DNA of 64,000 bases from Camelus dromedarius (taxonomy: Eukaryota): NCBI RefSeq assembly GCF_036321535.1, contig NC_087472.1, positions 98,024,001 to 98,088,000 on the forward strand, in the 5' to 3' direction. The position numbers and the translations under genes are program-made. A model generated the notes under the pieces. That model searched no databases, was not told where the DNA came from, and was given only the letters and a program-made list of their open reading frames with translations. This document shows, in pieces, positions 41,912 through 55,473 of this stretch; position 1 is the stretch's first letter, and each line of letters opens with the position of its first letter.

Positions 41912-42358
41912 TTGTCTCTCAGACACATGGCCACCCTTATACTCTGCTCTATAATGCTGGGGCTGAGAATCTGAAAACCATTTCTTGGGCTCCATTGCCA
42001 GTTGGCTTCCTGTCAATAGGAGGCTCTGGGGGAAATCAGCAGGTGGCAGGAGGGGAAAGGATGCTGTGGTTGTCCCCTTTCATTTGCTCTCTCTCTCCTC
42101 TTTCTTCTGACAATGGCTCTGGAAGAATCTTCAGTCCCAGCTCTCCTCCAGAGTGGCAGTTCCTCCTCTGCTCTTCTAAGCAATGGTACCATGACCTCCT
42201 CCCTTCTGAGTCCCTATACACAGGAGTGGTAACTGCTTCCTAAAAAATTGATTAATCTCTGGTTTACCTCACCTTCATGATTTTCACCTTCCAATCTATT
42301 TCCTGTATTAAATCTCTCCTTGAAACATCTAGTGTGGTTTGGCTTTCCTGGCTGATAC
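41912..42358 (+). mobile_element. LTR33-like ERVL LTR
   Basis: Terminal CCTGTATTAAATCTCTCCTTGAAACATCTAGTGTGGTTTGGCTTTCCTGGCTGATACA. Confidence 0.5.
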
Positions 42359-43320
42359 AGAAATCTTCCCACAATTGGTATCAACTTACTTGAGTCAATT
42401 TCCATCAAGGATCAGTAAAGGTACACTTTATACAGTTTATTTGAAAGTGATGTCTATCTTTTTAGGCTAACTAGTAGGCTTTCCTGCATGCTACCCGGGG
42501 GTCCACACAAAAGGCATTTCCTTTTTTCTTGTTCTTTTCAAAGACTACAGAAAGACTGCTGTTCAGAAACACTTCGCTGGGTATCGCAGTTTACCTTATC
42601 ATCCTCAGAAGAGAAAAAAAAAATTCTAATTCTTTACATTTGCCTCTAAATTCTTTTCCATCTGCCCTTACGTACACATGAGCCCAATTTCAGTTTTCAG
42701 TCTTTCTCCTTGATCTTCTTCCAGCTCATTTCCCAACCTCTATCCTCTTTCCTTCTGCATCTGCGCCTGATGAATCACATCTTCACTTGCAACAATTAAC
42801 GTAAGCTGTTTTTCATTTGTAGCAGCCTCTCATACTCAGAGCTTGTATTACCAGAAATTTCTCATAGGCCCTACAGTAGTCCTTATCTACATGTTTCCCA
42901 AAACTGAAAACACAGTCCCATTGTGTATCAGCAATACTTCAGTCCTTCTGCTATTAACGTCAGTGACACTATTACTATCTATCGCATCAAGCATCCTTTA
43001 CCTATTTTCAGGTTGGGTTTTATTAGTTTTCTCTATCAGTTTCTAAATAGAAATGTATCTTTCTTTCAAGTATTTGGATTTTTTTCACTGTCTTTTTTAA
43101 ACTGTTAGAAACTCTTAGGGGTAATTGTGTCTGCTTTGGCAGTGAGTCAGATGGAAGCCATTTCTTCACAAAAGTGCTTAAAAAGCTTGTTATCTAACAG
43201 CTTCAAGTTCAGGCCCTGGAGAAACTAGGAAATATACCCAACACTGCATTCTGTTGGGCACCTACTTTCTTTTCACAAAATACACTACAGTCATTGAATT
43301 CCTAAATTTCAGGCATTCAC

Positions 43321-43917
43321 TTTTTTTTTAAATTTTTTTATTGAAGTATAGTTGATATATAATATTGCATTAGTTTCTGGTCTACAGCATAGTGACTCTG
43401 TTATACAGATACATATTCTTTTTCATTATAGGTTACTACAAGATACTGAATATAGTTTCCTGTGTTATACAGTAGAACCTTGTTGTTTATATTTTTTACA
43501 TATAGTAGTTTGTATCTGTTAATCCCAAACTCCTAATTTTTCCCGCCCTCCCCTTTGATAACCATAAGTTTGTTTTCTATGTCTGTGAATATTTTTGTTT
43601 TAGAAATAAGTTCATTTGTATCATTTTTTTTAGATTCCACATATAAGCGATATCATAGGATATTTCTCTCTTTCTGTCTGACTTATTTCACTTAGTATGA
43701 TAATCTCTATGCCTATCCATGTTGCTGCTGCAGATGGCACGATTTCATTCTTTTTTATGGCTCAGTAGTACTCCATTGTGTGTGTATATATATATATATA
43801 CATATATATATACACACCCCCATCTTCTTTATCCAGTCATCTGTTGATGGATATTTAGGTTGCTTCCATGTCTTGGCTACTGTAAATAGTGCTGCTATGA
43901 ACACTGGGGTGCATGTA
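43321..43917 (-). mobile_element. 5'-truncated L1 3' end (sense to PHEX)
   Basis: Poly(T) followed by TTGAAGTATAGTTGAT...CTTCCATGTCTTGGCTAC. Confidence 0.92.
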
Positions 43918-43940
43918 CAAAGATCTGGCTTTCAGATGAC

Positions 43941-44500
43941 AAACTCTAATTCAAAAAGATACATGCATCCCAATGTTCACAGCAGAGCTATTAAAAACAG
44001 CCAAGACATGGAAGAAACCTAAATGTCCATCAAGAGATGATTGGATATACAATGGAATACTGCTCAGCCATAAAAATGAAATAATGCCATTTGCAGCAAC
44101 ATGGATGGACCTAGAAATTATCATACTAAGTGAAGTGAGCCGGAAAGAGAAAGAAAAATACCATGTTATCACTTATATGTGGAATCTAAAAAAAAGTGAC
44201 ACAAATGAACTTATTTACAAACAGAAACAGACTCAAAGACATAGAAAACAAACTTACGGTTACCAGAGGGGAAAGCAGGTGGAGAGGGATAAATTGGGAG
44301 TTCAAGATTTACACATACTAACTACTATATATAAAATAAACAAGGTCCTACTGTATAGCACAGGGAACTACATTCAATATCTTGTAACAATCTATATTGA
44401 AAAAGAATATGAAAAGGAATATATATAACTGAAACACTATCCTGTACATCAAAAACTCAGACAAAATTGTAAATCAACTATACTTCAATTTAAAAAAAAA
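43941..44500 (+). mobile_element. 5'-truncated L1 3' end, head-to-head with the previous copy
   Basis: Encodes AKTWKKPKCPS...FAATWMDLEIIILSEVS; poly(A) ends at 44500. Confidence 0.92.
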
Positions 44501-45432
44501 GATAACGTGCATGAATATGGCAAGTGTGTCAGTATTTTTAATTATCATAGCAATAGTTAGATTTTTCAGTATGGAAACAATGTATACTAAGTTGGGCTGC
44601 ATGAGCACTGGAATACTGTGAAGCGTAATTATTTTCCTCCATGGCAACTGGATCGATGCTTTGGAAGGCCATATCTTGGAGCCCAATGGAGAAACTGTCT
44701 AATTAAAGTTTTCACTCACTTTTGAATAATCTTGTAAAATTCCGATGTGCATGTACAAAGCTAGGATTGCTTTCAGATATGCAACTTGTTAAACCACAAT
44801 TTCAGGAAAGAACTACACCTCAGAACCATAGTTATTTAATAAATTCCAAAAAAACTACTTTTTCAAGAAAATCTAGTGAATGGTAAAAACAGAGGTTTTT
44901 GTAAGGAAAAATAGTTCTTTATCAGAACTATTTGTAGGAAAGAAAATAACAGTGGTGATTAGAAAGACCTGTAATGAACGTATCTACTGGAAAATATATG
45001 CCCCAAAATATTGGAATAAAAAAGAATTACTATTCCTCCATCAGTAACTCACTGCAAATATACAGACCAACTCACAATAAATTATCATCATATGTATATG
45101 CATTTAATTTGCCAAAACACTCATAAAGTTTAATGCAGTTAACTTCCGACAGGCAGATTTATTACTGGTCATTTAACATGAACGAAGCACATAAAGATGG
45201 TTTAACAACAAACATCATTCAGTCAACATTAGATCATGCTCACTAACTGTAAAATACTCAGTTTGCTTAATTCTTTCCTTTATGATCAAATTAGACCAAA
45301 TCCAAGTCCATTTGCTTTATAGCACCCACTCAGCTATACATTCTTTCTGACACTTCCTTTGTTTTGAATCTGCTCTAAACCTTGTGATTTGCCTGGCATA
45401 ACGAGGCTCATACCTAGCCAAGGAATGAATCA

Positions 45433-45624
<192 letters not shown>

Positions 45625-45714
45625 CTACAAGGAGGAAAAAGAAAAATGAAGTCAGAGTTTCGGCACTTAAATCATTAATAATCACAGGATGTAGAAATGC
45701 AACCTTCATCTGAA

Positions 45715-46330
45715 AACTCAGTTTACTGAATATCTACTATATGGAGCCCACTGCGAAGGAAAAAAAAAATCTAAGTTAGTCCCTGCCCCCAGTATACTAA
45801 AAATATAGTGAATGTAGCAAATAACTATATAATACAAGATAAAATTTCATTTTTAGACAATATTATTTATAAGTAGACAATTTTTTATTTATAGACAACA
45901 GTGTTATCAAAGTTGAGAGCAGAGACTACTTCCTCTTGGGGAAAAAAGCTTATTGGAGAAGCTGACCAAACTGAGTCTTTGAGAAGGGTTGGGATTTCAA
46001 AATGCAGAGCTAGGAAGGACATTCCCAGGAGAGCAAACGGCAGGGGCAAAGACAAGGAGATGGAAACAAAGAGCACGGCAGAGACAAGGTGAGTAGATTC
46101 CTGTAGCTGGACTAGAAAGCACGAGGGGTGGAGAACGGAAAACCAGCTTGGGCCAGATCACAGGGATTCCTGAACACCATGCTGTGAGTCTGTATTTTAC
46201 TTTACAGACCAGAGAAAACAAAATATTTTTAGCAAGAGTAACATAAGATGAGTCACCTTCAGCAAGATTTACTGTACAACTCAATGAATGATGGCCAGGA
46301 TGCCAGAAAAACTGGAGGTAAGGGGTCCAG
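45715..46330 (-). mobile_element. L2 fragment
   Basis: TTTACTGAATATCTACTATATG; CTGAGTCTTTGAGAAGG; ATTCCCAGGAGAGCAAACGGC. Confidence 0.5.
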
Positions 46331-46450
46331 ACTAATTTAAGATGCGTCATTACCATCCTTGTGATAGACATACTAGTTATTCCCCATTTCACAGTATATA
46401 GGGAATGGATGAAGGAAAAATCACCTTAGGCACATACGTGGAGCCTCCAC

Positions 46451-46686
46451 ATGAGGGACTGGCAAACTCCCGCCACTGGGCCAAATCCGGTCTCTGCCCC
46501 CTCCCCCCTCCATCTGTTTCTATAAAGTTTCACTGGCACTCAGCCATGCCCACTTATTTACATGGAATCCATGGCTGCTTCTGCGCTACAACAGCAGAAC
46601 TGAGGAGTTGGGACAGAAACCCTGAGGCCCACGAAGCTCAAATATTTACTCTCTGGCCCTTTACAGAAAGGGTCTGCCGACCCTTG
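46451..46686. mobile_element. MER58A MITE
   Basis: GGCAAACT...GGGCCAAATCCGG...ATATTTACTCTCTGGCCCTTTACAGAAAGGGTCTGCCGACCC. Confidence 0.8.
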
Positions 46687-46774
46687 CTCTTGAGAAATGT
46701 TACAGTTTCAGGTGAAAATTTGTCTCTCTCCTCTCCGCAGATGCTGGGTTTCACAAAAACAAAAGAATAGCCTA

Positions 46775-47270
46775 CTCAAAGGGTACAGGGACGGAGCTCT
46801 GCCCAGGTCCCCTGGGATCCCTGTTATCCCTCCCCAGCATCCCTGTTCTTTTTCTTTTCTAATGGCCAGCACCTGAGACTCTGAAGGCCTCCCCAGGGCT
46901 ATAAGGATACCTTGCTGGCACTCCAAACAGTTACTTCCTGCGAGTCTATCCACCTTGGGCTCCCTCCCCACTGCCAACCCAGCATCCCTCAGCCAATGAC
47001 TGACTGTAGCAGGAATATGAAAGTCCAGCTCCTTTGCTTCAATTCAGGACAAACTATGAGGTATAATTTGCACTCCAGACTTCCCCATGGGATCAGGCTA
47101 ACTGAGACTTCCCCTGAAATGGCACCCTGGCCTGTCTCTCACCCTTCCCTCCCTGGCTTCCTCTATTCCTTTGCTAGCTTCTCTTGGGAGCACTTGCTGA
47201 ATAAATCACAAATCACTTGCACATGAATACTCATCTCTAGCTTTGCCTCCAGAAGACCAAACATAAGACA
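46775..47270 (+). mobile_element. LTR16-like ERVL LTR
   Basis: CTCAGCCAATGACTGAC; AATAAATCAC...CACTTGCACATGAAT. Confidence 0.6.
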
Positions 47271-49009
47271 CCAGGCAACCTCAAACACATTGCTTTCATT
47301 CTACCAAAGCAAAACCAGTGACCTTCACACACTGCTCTTAATAATGGGGTTTTTTTCCCCTTTAGTCTCTTTCAACTTTCCTCACTCAAGAAACAAATAG
47401 AATAAGATGGTATGCTTTCCTTATCTTCCTTAAGATAATTCAAATATTAAATATCAGCAGACAGTTGAAACTCAAGACTCAGAGAGGATTTTACAAGTGC
47501 CGTATGACACAGTCATAATGGGTTTTGCTGTTCCACAGACTCAAATATAGAACAGATCAAATTCTGCCTTCCAACCCTGTGGATTACACTGAAAGCCTGA
47601 TGTGACCCAGATAGCAGGTAACTAGAGGTTACAACTCTCCCCCAACAGCAAACAATACACCATGTGTCTATAGGTTACCTTGTTCTGAGACTGTTCTATT
47701 ACTTCCCTCATAGTATTTAATTCCTCACTATACTTCCTCAGCTCAACACAAGTCATACACATAACTATAACAAGTAAAGAGATCCAGATAGTTTTAAAAA
47801 ATGAAGAAATATGTAAGCTGAGTCATCCATAACTGTTTTCCGAACACTGTTCTTTCCAGGGCATGGTGGTAAATTATGCATTGTTTTTCAAACCTCACGC
47901 TCTGGGACCCCCACTGCACTGTGGAGCTTCACAGAATATATTACCTTCTGCACTATAGATGCAGGTCATCGAATCCTGTTTTATTATTGATTTAGCAACA
48001 ACATGACTTGAAGAGAGCCAGAACAGAGGTACAAAGAATCTCTACTCACCTCCTAAAAACACACAGACAGAATAAGGTAATAATGCTAGTAGCAACATTG
48101 CCAACATCTGAAAAGAATGCTCTTCTTCCCCAAAAGTGTGCTGTGTACATACGTACACATGCCTGTGTTCCAACTCAAATGTTCCTTCTGCCAGACAGTC
48201 TGTTGTCACTTCACATCTCCCCACCCACCTCATTCTACATTCTTCCCTGAGAAGCTTCCGAACTACATCTCCCAAAACCCCACGGGACATAGCTCCAGGC
48301 TAGATTCTGCCCAGGAGAAGCGCCGCCAGGAGACTGGAAAGGTGGAAGAGGAGGAGACACCATGGACTCACTCGCTGTTGGAAGCTGTGGGCAGGCACCG
48401 AGGCGTCTGCTGAGCAGAGTGCTTTGGCAGCAGCTTCTCAGGTTCTCCTGAGAAGACTCCTTTTCTGTGGGAGCATTAGAGATCACTGGCAGGCTCTGCC
48501 CTTCACTCCCCAGCCCTCCTAATGATGCACAAGCCTCCACATCCCCACGTTAAACATCCATCTGCTTGACACACTGAGAAGGGTGACCATTTTCCTGAAT
48601 GAACTCTGATATACCCTTTAAAGCACATAACGATCACACCACTTTTTAATTTTTTTCAGAATGGAAGAAATGAAGCACCAATAGTACGATGGCTTATGAA
48701 GGGCAGGCCTGAAATCAATTACTCCTTGGGTTACGTGACAAGAAGGCAAGGCACGTCCCACTGCAAATACTGAGAGAACAGTGGAATAAACGGATAAAAG
48801 ACTGCACGTTATCTCCTGAAATATTTCCTAGGCTGCTTGTAGGTGATCAAAACCTCCAGAGTTTTCCATAACCAGTGTATGCATTTCTATCCCTTATTCA
48901 CAAAGACCTCTAGAAAGGGCTGCACATGACAACTGGACATCCCTCCTCAACAGAGGAAGCTCAAATGATCTCAACTACTCGCGAGACCCTGAGCAAAATA
49001 CTTAACCCC

Positions 49010-49745
49010 TCTGAAGTAAATACTGCCTATTATCTACCCAATATCCACCCTCCTTTCCCTCCCTTACTCTCAGACCCCAATCCTGCTCAGGATGACAACG
49101 GATCCAACAAAAAACAGCTGCATCCCCCAGCTTCCTTTACAGTTCGAGTTAGCTATGGGATGAGATTTCGGACAATGACATGTAACTCGAAGTCCTTGAT
49201 GCACTCTCAGGAATCCATTTTAAAAGACGAAGACTCAGCAGGCACATGCTCTCTGCCTTCAGTCCAGGGTTTCTCAGCCTTAGTACTACTGACATTTTGG
49301 CCCAGATAATAATTGTTGTGGGAGCTGTCCTGTAGACTGTAGGATGTTTAGCAGCATCTTTGGCTTCTACACACTAAATGTCAGTAGCAATACCTCCCAG
49401 CAAGTCGTGACAACCAAAAATGTCTTCAGACATTGCCAAATGTCTCCTAGGGGCAAAATTGCCCACTGGGTAGGAACACTGCTTTAGCCTTTCCTCTTCC
49501 TTCCTGCAATGCTGATGCAATGCCAGAGGTAGGGAAGTCGTCCTGCAACCACAAGGCAACTAACAGGAAGAAGCAATCTACATGCTAAAGATGGTGGAAT
49601 GAAGAGTCAGTGACATCTGGAGCCCACCGTATCAGGCATGAACTGCCTTCCCTCCCACTCCACGACATGAGGAAAATAAACCCCTATTTGTTTGAGGCCT
49701 TATATGTCATGTTTTCCACTAGCTGCAGCAGAATGTAATCCTAAC
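49010..49745 (+). mobile_element. MLT1-type LTR split by a MER20
   Basis: CATGCTAAAGATGGTGGA; AATAAACCCCTATTTGTTTGAG. Confidence 0.55.
49265..49481. mobile_element. MER20 MITE
   Basis: 217 bp; TGTAGGATGTTTAGCAGCATC; ACAACCAAAAATGTCTTCAGACATTGCCAAATGTC. Confidence 0.85.
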
Positions 49746-51048
49746 ATGCTCTTCTTTTCATCAGAAGTAGCTTGAGAAAAAAAAAAACAAAACAGTACCT
49801 ACACTTCACTGAGTTGTCTGCAAGGATTCAGGATGACACTGCACACAAAGCACTTTTGTATGCCTTGGTCCAGAGTACATGATGAATGAATGTTGGCCAT
49901 AGATTACCCAGAGAAAGTAGGAACATGACTTCTTCTAAGGATCTAGAATAACACTGTTGTGTACAAGTTTGGAGGGTCTTTCAGGGGAGCCGAGGCCAGG
50001 TTATATCCTTAACCAAATACTTGAACTCTCTTGGGGAATAATGTCACTCTCTTTAGTCACAGGTGCAGTTTCAGGGGGCCACACCGTGTGGTGAGGGAGA
50101 AAGGTGTTGAAGTAACCCTGTGATCAATGAAGAGACAGATATACCCATGAGATTCCTGAAGCATGGTGGAAGATTTCCCGAGTGAAGCCAGACTCTAAGC
50201 ATGAGCGAGGAGAATTCAGGTTCTTCACATCTCCCTAAAAGTCTGAGGATTCTTTTGAGGGCCACTACTTGCACACCTCAGAAAATAAACACAAGAAACA
50301 CTACGAAAGCTAATTCTAGAAAAGATCAAAGAAAAGGTTTCCTTCAGCACTCACCATCTTGGATTCTGTGTTTCCCTCCTTTCTCTTTCCTATATCCATT
50401 CCTCCCAACACCTAGCAGGCCTTGTGCGTTCACACCACTTGCTCTCTGATCATACTCAAACTGGCCTTTCCTTGGTAATACACTGTGCTCCAAACTTATC
50501 TCCCTCTTCCCTCCTCACCCCATTAAAACTGTTATTCCCTCAAAGCAGCTAACCCATTAGCTGTCACTGGGACCTCAAACTAATTTATAATGAAATGTGA
50601 GTGACTAATAGCAATCTAATGTATTAACCTGGAGAGATATCTATATTTAAAAGAGTAGTTCATTAACCAAAGGGATAAATCACATTATAAAGGAGGTTTC
50701 TGTAGCTGAGAGAACCTTCTTTCTGATACTACTCAAATGAAGCTAATGATCTATTCCACTTAATCATCATTGTGTTCCCCACATGGAACACCCATGGTAA
50801 ACCCATTCTGATCAATGTCAACAATACTAACAGAAAATATAAAAGGTTATAGTCTAACATACGACCAAGAACATCATTCAATTCTGCTCCCATCAAGGCA
50901 CACATCCATATAAACCAATCTTACCAGAGGAGAAAAAAATGGGGGAGAAAAGAGATTTTGTGAGAACCTAGGGAACTTTTTGGAAAATGGAGCAATGTTT
51001 AAAATCCATTAGAACTGATTCTTGATGGCAACTAAAAAAAAAAAAAAT

Positions 51049-51083
<35 letters not shown>

Positions 51084-51084
51084 A

Positions 51085-51255
51085 TTTGTCTTCTGCTGTT
51101 GGATGGAATGCTCTATATACATCTATTAGGTCCATTTGGTCTAAAGTATGGTTCAAGTCCAATGTTTCCTCATTGATCTTCTGTCTAGATGATCTCTTTG
51201 TTGAAAGTGTTGCAGTCCCTACAATTATTGTATTGTTGCCTATTTTCCCCCTCAA
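51085..51255 (-). mobile_element. L1 ORF2 endonuclease-domain fragment
   Basis: Translation NTIIVG...RSSRQKINEETLDLNHTLDQMDLIDVYRAFHP. Confidence 0.85.
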
Positions 51256-51604
51256 ACTATATTTTTAACATAAGTTATTTCAGTTAATGAATACTTATTG
51301 AGAATGCCCTCTAGGCTCAGAACTCCCCTCAGTGCAAAAGGAATATAAAAATATATAAGACAATCCATAGCCTCATTGTATCTGTGCTAAAAAACTGAGG
51401 AAAAACATTCTACGACAACTTGCCATGATCGCTACTACAAAGTATCAGTGATACCTTAATTATCTGAACCTCTCTGTTCCTCAGTTTCCTCATCTGTAAA
51501 ACGTGAATAAAATTGCTTCTAATACTAATTTAGTGAAATAGAGAGTTGAAAAAAGTATTTGGATAACAAAGGAATTGGGAAAACATAACTCGGATTACCT
51601 AGAT

Positions 51605-51945
51605 CAGAGGTTAATAAACTTTTTCTGTAAAGGGCCAGATGGTAAATATTTCCAGCTTTGCAGGCCATATGGTCTCTGTCAAAAGTATTCAACTCTGCCT
51701 TGTACCTGGGAAAGCAGCCGTGGACAATGCATAAATGAATGGCTGTGTGCCAATAAAACTTTATTTATAGACACTACTGAAATTTGAATCTCCTGTCATT
51801 TTTATGTAACATGATATATTCTTCTTTTTTTTTTTTTTTGACTTTTTAAAACCATTTAAAAATGTAAAATTCATTCTTACCTTTGTGGGCTGTACAAAAA
51901 CAGGTGGCATGTTGAATATGGCCCAAGAGCCATAGTCTGCTGGGC
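51605..51945. mobile_element. MER58B MITE
   Basis: AAACTTTTTCTGTAAAGGGCCAGATGGTAAATATTT; about 340 bp. Confidence 0.75.
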
Positions 51946-52276
51946 TGAGGCAGATAATTCAATGAGGGTAGATTGTTCATTGAGTTGCCTCAATTAATGG
52001 CACAAGGCCTAGTACACAGTAAGTGCTCAACAATGCTTGTCAAATTGACCCACCCTGAATGGGATGGGGTGTGTGCGTGTGTGTGCATGGCTTAGCTATT
52101 AAGTTTTTTGTTTTTGTTTTGCTCTTTGCTATTACTAACATGTATATGTATACACAACAAATCTTAGTTGCTTGGGAGTTTATTCCTTGCCTTAAAGTCT
52201 TAGGGCTAGAACTTAAAAAAATCACAATTAATTTCTGTAGAGACAACAGACAGTTCATAAGGCAAAGATTATTACC

Positions 52277-52323
52277 AAGAGAGAGAAAGAGAGAGAGAGA
52301 GAAAGTGAGAGAGAAAGAGAGAA
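52277..52323. repeat. (GA)n-rich microsatellite
   Basis: Seen directly. Other simple repeats lie at 17877-17903, 20065-20085, 36232-36250, 43776-43815 and 51048-51082. Confidence 0.9.
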
Positions 52324-54282
52324 AATCTATCACAAATGAAATCAGAAAAACAAAGAACACTGAAAACACAACGTGATTTAAACTCCCAAGTCACCCCTCC
52401 TTCCCAGAATTTTCCATAAGGTATACTACAACCTGATAGTGCTGGTGGGAAGAACAGAACCAACTATAGTTCTGCTTGATTTGGCTATGAGCACTTAAAC
52501 AATGTATAATTTTTACACAGATGACCAAACTGATTTAAAGTTTGGTTAGGTTGACTGCTTTACTCCAGAATTTTCAAAGCCACTTTGTATTAAGCTGATC
52601 AGCAGAAATCGAGACAGAAAGCTCAGTTGTTTTAATCCCCACTGACTTGGCCACTTAGGAGAGTCAGGTAAATTCTCTAATGTTTTGCATTTATTACATC
52701 AAAGGGATCGCTTTAATCACTTAATTAAACTGCTTTGTGTTTCCTCTACATAGGTAAGTCACTTAGCATATTTTTTTCTTTTTTACCAGTTTAACATAAA
52801 AAAAATAGAACAATTGATGATCAACTGCTCTTTTACAAGAAATTTATAGCACGACTTTCTTACACTCGCAATGGCTCTGAAAGATTCAGTCAGGCTTAAC
52901 CACGCCAAGGTCTCATTTTCTCTGATGAGTTCTATAATAACTATTAAACATCAATCAAAATTTTGAGGTTTAAGCACCTGAAAGTTCAGGAGACTGTGCA
53001 TGAATTACACTATCCTTCAAAACAATAGCAATTCCCATAATGCCAAATAAATGACTGACTAGTATAGATGCCCTGGCTGAAGATATTACCCTAAGCAGAG
53101 CTAATGGTATTGATGAAAATTAGCCTGGGGAACAGGCTTTAATATCTTTGGGGGCTTTCTGGATTCCACAAATAATAACAACACAGTTATCTGACAAATC
53201 ACATTTTATCTGCTTGATAAGAATGGCAGTGATTTATTATGCGTCTTCAAAAACTTCAATTCTGTAAATTGCTTTTGGGTGTGGTTTGCAGGCTCATGCA
53301 TCATGCTGGGGTGGAAAAGAGATAAGCGCCCCCATGAATCAGAGGGCTTTATACATGCAAGTCACAGTTCTGATTTTTCAAGAGTTGGAAGACAGGAATG
53401 CTCAGATTTCAGGTCTTCCATCCTTAACCCTGCGTGAATAATGTCCCAGTATAGCAGACGATCCCCATTTCTCTCCCACACGGAGATATGAACAACATTC
53501 TAAAAAGGTACGTTCTGAATTATAAAGAAGCTCCATCCATCTATCCTCTTTCTTGAAAACACCTACTCCACGTATCTTGAAGGTAGGCAGTTTTTCCAGT
53601 CTGAAAAAGGAAACTCCTCCAGCACAGGTAAATCATAATTTAGCCATACCAGCACTAATTATTTCCCTGGTATCTTTGTGATAAGCCTCTCATTTGGGTG
53701 AACGCTCCACTCAACAAAGTTAAAAAAAAAAAAAAAGCCAACATATGGGTCTTCTTTGTAGATAGATGGAGCAGGGAGTAGCAGACTTAAGAACCCAAAA
53801 CCATCCTATGACTAATCCATAAAACAACACGTCTCTCTGAGGGTTACGGGCAGTATTATCTTAAAAATAATGGCAACTCTCATGTATTCCCTTTAAAGCT
53901 GAATAGGAGAGTAGCCAGATCATATAATTTTTTAAAAATCAATGTCTTTTTATTACTTTCAATTACATGTAGTAAACTGCTCACAAAATTTGCCCAAACA
54001 GAACAGCTGCTAGACCTGCTCAAATAAATATCCTAAGCCTCAATTAACCAAATCCATTTGTCCAGACACAGTCAAGATAATAAAAGCCCAAGAGCTGGAA
54101 CAATCTTGTATTATAGTTAGGCTTTGATATGGGCCAAAGTAAATGGTATTTTCCTCTGTTCCACACAAGGGCTCTATATCAGGGGTCAGCAAGCAACAGC
54201 CCAGCCCACAGGCCAAAATCAGACTATCACCTGTTTTTGTAAAAAAAAAAAACCAAAAAACAAAAAAACACTTTTTGGAACA

Positions 54283-54996
54283 TGATAAAGGGATCCAGAA
54301 TATCCCACTGCACCATGAGAATTACTTTGAGCTGAAGGCATTGGAAACTCAACAGATATACTCTGCACTCCCCTTATCTGCCTAAAAGCAGATTTTCTAA
54401 AAGAATTCCAGTCATAAATCCCTGTTAAGGGAGGCTTCCCATACCAGGGGAACATAGTGACTCCTATCACCAGAGATGAGAAGTCAGCGCCAGGATGAGA
54501 AATTGCATAAACAGACCTTACTAAAACAAATCTTACCTTCTGTTGGTTTCCCCCATATATTTCTCAGTCATTTCCCACCATGTACTGTCCCTGGAAATCC
54601 TAATTCCCTCCCCTTTTTAAGATGGTATATAAGTACTATGTATAAAATAAATAAGCTACAAGGATATACTGTACAGGGACTATAGCCAATATTTTATAAT
54701 AACTATAGAGTATAATCTTTAAAAATTGTGAACCATTGTGTTGTACACCTGATATACAATATTGTGAATCAACTATTCTTCAATAAAGAAGAAAAATGTT
54801 TTTTAAAAAAACGATAGTATATGAGGCCCAAATTCTCAGTGCTTCTTTGAGCGGCATTTTCTTTGAGCTCCCACCTATCTAAGGGAATAAACTTTGTCTT
54901 TTCTCTTGCTAATCCATCTTCTGTCAGTCTCATTTGCAGACTCCCCGAACACTGAACCTCAAAGAGTAGTAGAGGAGAACTTTTTCCTCTCCAACA
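54283..54996 (+). mobile_element. ERV1 solo LTR (MER34-like)
   Basis: TG...CA ends, TTTGAGCTGAAGGCA, TATA box, AATAAA, terminal TTTTTCCTCTCCAACA. Confidence 0.65.
54634..54810 (+). mobile_element. Short L1 3' end inserted into the LTR
   Basis: TATAAAATAAATAAGCTACAAGGATATACTGTAC...ATCAACTATTCTTCAATAAA; TSD matching at 12 of 15 positions. Confidence 0.8.
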
Positions 54997-55473
54997 ACAA
55001 CCACATTCGTTCACCTATGTATTGTCTAGAGCCACTTCCACGCTATAGCTGCAGAATGGAGGAGCTGCAATAGACACCACAAGGCGCCCAAAGCCTCAAA
55101 TATTTACCATTTGGCTCTTTGCAGAAAAAGTCTGCCAACATCTCTTCTACCTAACAAGTTTCCAAATTTTTCAAAACTAATAGTAAAGATGGCAAGGGAA
55201 AAATAAGGGACAAAGGCTAATCTTTTAGGGCAGTTTCATCAAAATATAAATGTGATTAAACGTGTAATCATGCTTCATGTTTTGTTGAGGTAAATACCTG
55301 AATTTTAAAGCAGAATCAGCATACAAATATTAACCAGAATGGGGAATTAATACCATGGAAAAATCAATGCACCTTTGGGGGAAAAAGAAAAAAAGCACAC
55401 AAATTATTAAAAATCATTTTCAAATGTCAAGATTCAAAGGGTTTAGAAATGCACATTTTACACACAGTCCCCA

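Larger units (their letters stand above)
54180..55143. mobile_element. MER58A split by an ERV1 LTR
   Basis: 5' half CAGGGGTCAGCAAG...TTGGAACA; 3' half CCACATTCGTTC...GAAAAAGTCTGCCAAC. Confidence 0.7.

Noticed and set aside
42037..42050. CTCF-like motif TCAGCAGGTGGCAG (and another at about 60660-60675)
   Set aside because: Each has a core mismatch and lies in an old LTR; no further support.
43973..44428. 151-aa ORF and similar ORFs at 9466, 18057, 19111 and 20397
   Set aside because: Fragments of decayed L1 ORF2, not host genes.
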